Source: Gemmatimonadota bacterium (GTDB lineage Bacteria > Gemmatimonadota > Gemmatimonadetes > Longimicrobiales > Gaopeijiaceae). From it: a stretch of 64,000 bases of DNA. This document shows positions 61,642-64,000 of this stretch, piece by piece. The stretch is taken from the NCBI GenBank assembly GCA_034521595.1, contig JAXHMG010000003.1, forward strand, positions 1,024,001 through 1,088,000, written 5' to 3'. Position 1 is the first letter of the stretch. Every line of letters starts with the position of its first letter. A program made the position numbers and the translations under genes. Under the pieces are notes generated by a model, which was given only the letters and a program-made list of their open reading frames with translations, was not told where the DNA came from and did no database searches.

Positions 61642-61673
61642 CGGCGTGTCCGGCGGAAGGAGGTGAGGTCGAG

Positions 61674-62687
61674 ATGAGCGAACCGATACGCACCCGCGCG
61701 TTCTGGGTCCGCGCGCCCGGCCGTGGCGACATCGTGGAAGAGACGGTTCCCCCGCGGGGCGAGGACGAGGTCCTGGTCGAAGCTTCCTACTCGGGAGTCA
61801 GCCGCGGCACCGAAGCGCTGGTCTTTCGGGGCGAAGTGCCCGTCTCACAATACCAGGAAATGCGCGCGCCGTTTCAAGAAGGGGATTTCCCGGGCCCCGT
61901 GAAGTACGGGTACGGCAGCGTGGGCAGGGTGGTGGACACACCGGGCGAGCACGAAAGCCTTCTGGGCCGCTCCGTTTTCTGTCTGTTTCCGCACCAGGAT
62001 CGGTATGTCGTCCCCGTGACGGCGCTCACCCTGCTTCCCGACGGGGTTCCGGAGGGCCGCGGGGTGTTGGCGGCCAACATGGAGACCGCGATCAACGTGG
62101 TGTGGGACGCGGGCCTGAGCGTGGGGGACCGGGTCATCGTGCTCGGCGGCGGCGTGGTCGGCCTGCTCGTCACGTGGCTGGCGGCACGGGTGCCCGGGGT
62201 CGAGCTCCTCCTGGTGGATCCGAATCCGGCGCGTGCGGAGATCGCGAGGGCGTTCGGCGCGCGCTTTACCACGGAGGTGACTCGGGAAGAGCCGGCGGCC
62301 GACGTCGTGATCCACGCCAGCGGCGCGCCGGACGGTCTTCGCACGGCGCTGGGCTCGGCCGGCGTCGAAGCTCGGATCGTCGAGGCGAGCTGGTACGGGT
62401 CCCGAACCGTGCCGCTTCCACTCGGCGAGGCATTCCACTCCCGGCGCCTGACGCTCAGGAGCAGCCAGGTGGGCCGGATCCCACCGGATCGAGCCGCGCG
62501 GTGGACGCACCGCCGGCGCTTGGCGACGGCGGTGGCACTTCTGGACGATCCCGCTTTGGATCTCCTCATCAGCGGGGAGAGCCCGTTCGAGGACCTCCCC
62601 GGAGTGATGGCGACGCTGGCCGCCGAAGGAAGTGGCACACTGTGCCACCGGATCCGGTACCACGACGTGGAGCGCGAGTCGCGATAG
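61674..62687 (+). CDS. Medium-chain (Zn-ADH-like) dehydrogenase
   Basis: SGVSRGTE, PVKYGY, ANMETA, GGGVVG, SWYG, SSQVG. Confidence 0.88.
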   Translation: MSEPIRTRAFWVRAPGRGDIVEETVPPRGEDEVLVEASYSGVSRGTEALVFRGEVPVSQYQEMRAPFQEGDFPGPVKYGYGSVGRVVDTPGEHESLLGRSVFCLFPHQDRYVVPVTALTLLPDGVPEGRGVLAANMETAINVVWDAGLSVGDRVIVLGGGVVGLLVTWLAARVPGVELLLVDPNPARAEIARAFGARFTTEVTREEPAADVVIHASGAPDGLRTALGSAGVEARIVEASWYGSRTVPLPLGEAFHSRRLTLRSSQVGRIPPDRAARWTHRRRLATAVALLDDPALDLLISGESPFEDLPGVMATLAAEGSGTLCHRIRYHDVERESR

Positions 62688-62727
62688 CCCGGCTCCACCC
62701 CTGATCTCCAACCTGCGAGCAACCCAC

Positions 62728-63126
62728 GTGTACAGTCTCACCGTTCGTGACCACTTCATGATCGCGCACAGCTTCCAGGGAGAGGTGTTCGGTCCCGCCC
62801 AGGGCCTGCACGGCGCCACGTACGTCGTGGACGCCACCTTTCGTCGCCAGGCGCTCGACGCCCACGGGCTGGTCGTGGACATCGGCCGGGCCCGGGACGT
62901 CCTGCGGGAGATCCTGGCCGAGCTCGACTACCGGAATCTCGACGAGATCGAGCGCTTCGAGGGACGGAACACCACGACCGAGTTCCTCGCCCGCGAGGTG
63001 TTCGACCGCATGGCGGACGGGCTCCGTAGCGGTCGGCTCGGGGACGGTGGCAAGGGGGTGGAGCGCGTGTGCGTGACGCTACACGAGTCTCACGTCGCCT
63101 GGGCCAGCTTCGAGGACGCCGTTTGA
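62728..63126 (+). CDS. 6-pyruvoyl-tetrahydropterin synthase/QueD-like T-fold protein
   Basis: HFMIAHSF, FGPAQGLHGATY, NTTTEFLA, LHES. Confidence 0.88.
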   Translation: MYSLTVRDHFMIAHSFQGEVFGPAQGLHGATYVVDATFRRQALDAHGLVVDIGRARDVLREILAELDYRNLDEIERFEGRNTTTEFLAREVFDRMADGLRSGRLGDGGKGVERVCVTLHESHVAWASFEDAV

Positions 63127-64000
63127 GCCGGAACGACCTCCACTTCGTCGTACCGGGATCGCTCGATCAGCGGACCGGCGGATATGTCTACGACGCGCGG
63201 ATGATCCGGGGCCTTCGGGATCGCGGGCGTTCGGTCAGGGTGCACGAGCTCGAAGGGGCGTTCCCGGAGGCGGACGGGACGGCACGCAGGAGCCTCGCGG
63301 ACACCCTCGAGAGCGTGCCTTCGGAAAGCGTCGTGATCGTGGATGGGCTGGCCGGAGGCGGGCTTCCGGAGGTGCTCGCCACGCACCGGGAGCGACTGAG
63401 AACCGTGGCGTTGGTCCACCACCCGCTGGCCGACGAAACGGGCTTGCCCGCTTCCGCGGCCGCGCGTCTGCAGGATTCCGAGCGCAGCGCCCTCGCGGCG
63501 TGCCGAGGGGTCGTGGTCACCAGCAGCTTCACCGCGCGACGACTCGAGGAGTACGAGGTGCCCCCGGACCGCATTCGGGTCGCGGTGCCCGGAACCGAGC
63601 CCGGAGCGACGGCGAGCGGTCCGGGAGCGGGCAAGCCCGCGCAGCTCGTGTGCGTGGCGTCGATCACCCCGCGCAAGGGACACCGGACGTTGGTGGACGC
63701 GCTCGCGAGGATTCGGGACTTGGAGTGGAGCTGTGTGTTGGCGGGAAGCGGGCGCCTGGCGCCGGATCATGCTCGAAGAGTCAGAGACCACGTCGAGGAC
63801 AACGGTCTCGCGGGCCGCGTCTCGTTCGTGGGCGAGTTGGGGCCCGAAGCCCTGGATGAGCTCTATCGGCGGAGCACGCTCTTCGTGCTCGCCTCCCACT
63901 ACGAGGGCTACGGCATGGCCCTGACCGAGGCCCTCGCGCGCGGGCTGCCCGTGGTCAGCACGACCGGAGGCGCCATCCCGTTCACCGTACCCGAAGACGC
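63123..64000 (+). CDS. Glycosyltransferase family 4, runs off the window (not in the ORF track)
   Basis: LHFVVPGSLDQRTGGYVYD, VDGLA, LVHHPLA, PRKGH, YEGYGMALTEALARGLPVV. Confidence 0.9.
   Translation, partial: MSRNDLHFVVPGSLDQRTGGYVYDARMIRGLRDRGRSVRVHELEGAFPEADGTARRSLADTLESVPSESVVIVDGLAGGGLPEVLATHRERLRTVALVHHPLADETGLPASAAARLQDSERSALAACRGVVVTSSFTARRLEEYEVPPDRIRVAVPGTEPGATASGPGAGKPAQLVCVASITPRKGHRTLVDALARIRDLEWSCVLAGSGRLAPDHARRVRDHVEDNGLAGRVSFVGELGPEALDELYRRSTLFVLASHYEGYGMALTEALARGLPVVSTTGGAIPFTVPED

Overview
High-GC bacterial chromosome segment; gene content and order suggest Gemmatimonadota (inference, not verified). 1-2.8 kb is a decayed accessory patch: IS3 right end, zinc-ribbon membrane gene, UDG-like gene, excisionase-like HTH, and hairpins resembling integron attC sites. 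3-46 kb is mostly intact core: ArfB-like release factor, TetR-TolC-MFP-RND operon, a sigma-70 region-2-only protein, MATE, rfbC, murB, a putative sigma54-controlled TolC-MFP-2xABC ATPase-two-component operon with no permease, a diguanylate cyclase coupled to a GspE/PilB-REC fusion, secDF-tatD-mutL-miaA-bshA-uppP-birA-coaX-prenyl/terpene synthase-like, and CIRCE-groES-groEL. 46.2-55.3 kb is a frameshift-rich czc-type metal-efflux island bracketed by copies of a ~195-bp structured repeat whose closing stem changes sequence but keeps perfect pairing. The window ends with a fused 2-oxoacid dehydrogenase E1, an Lnb/DUF4105 protein and the start of a CDP-alcohol transferase/dehydrogenase/PTPS-like/glycosyltransferase cluster. 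No rRNA, tRNA or CRISPR array was recognised. All family calls are by eye from motifs; no searches were run.
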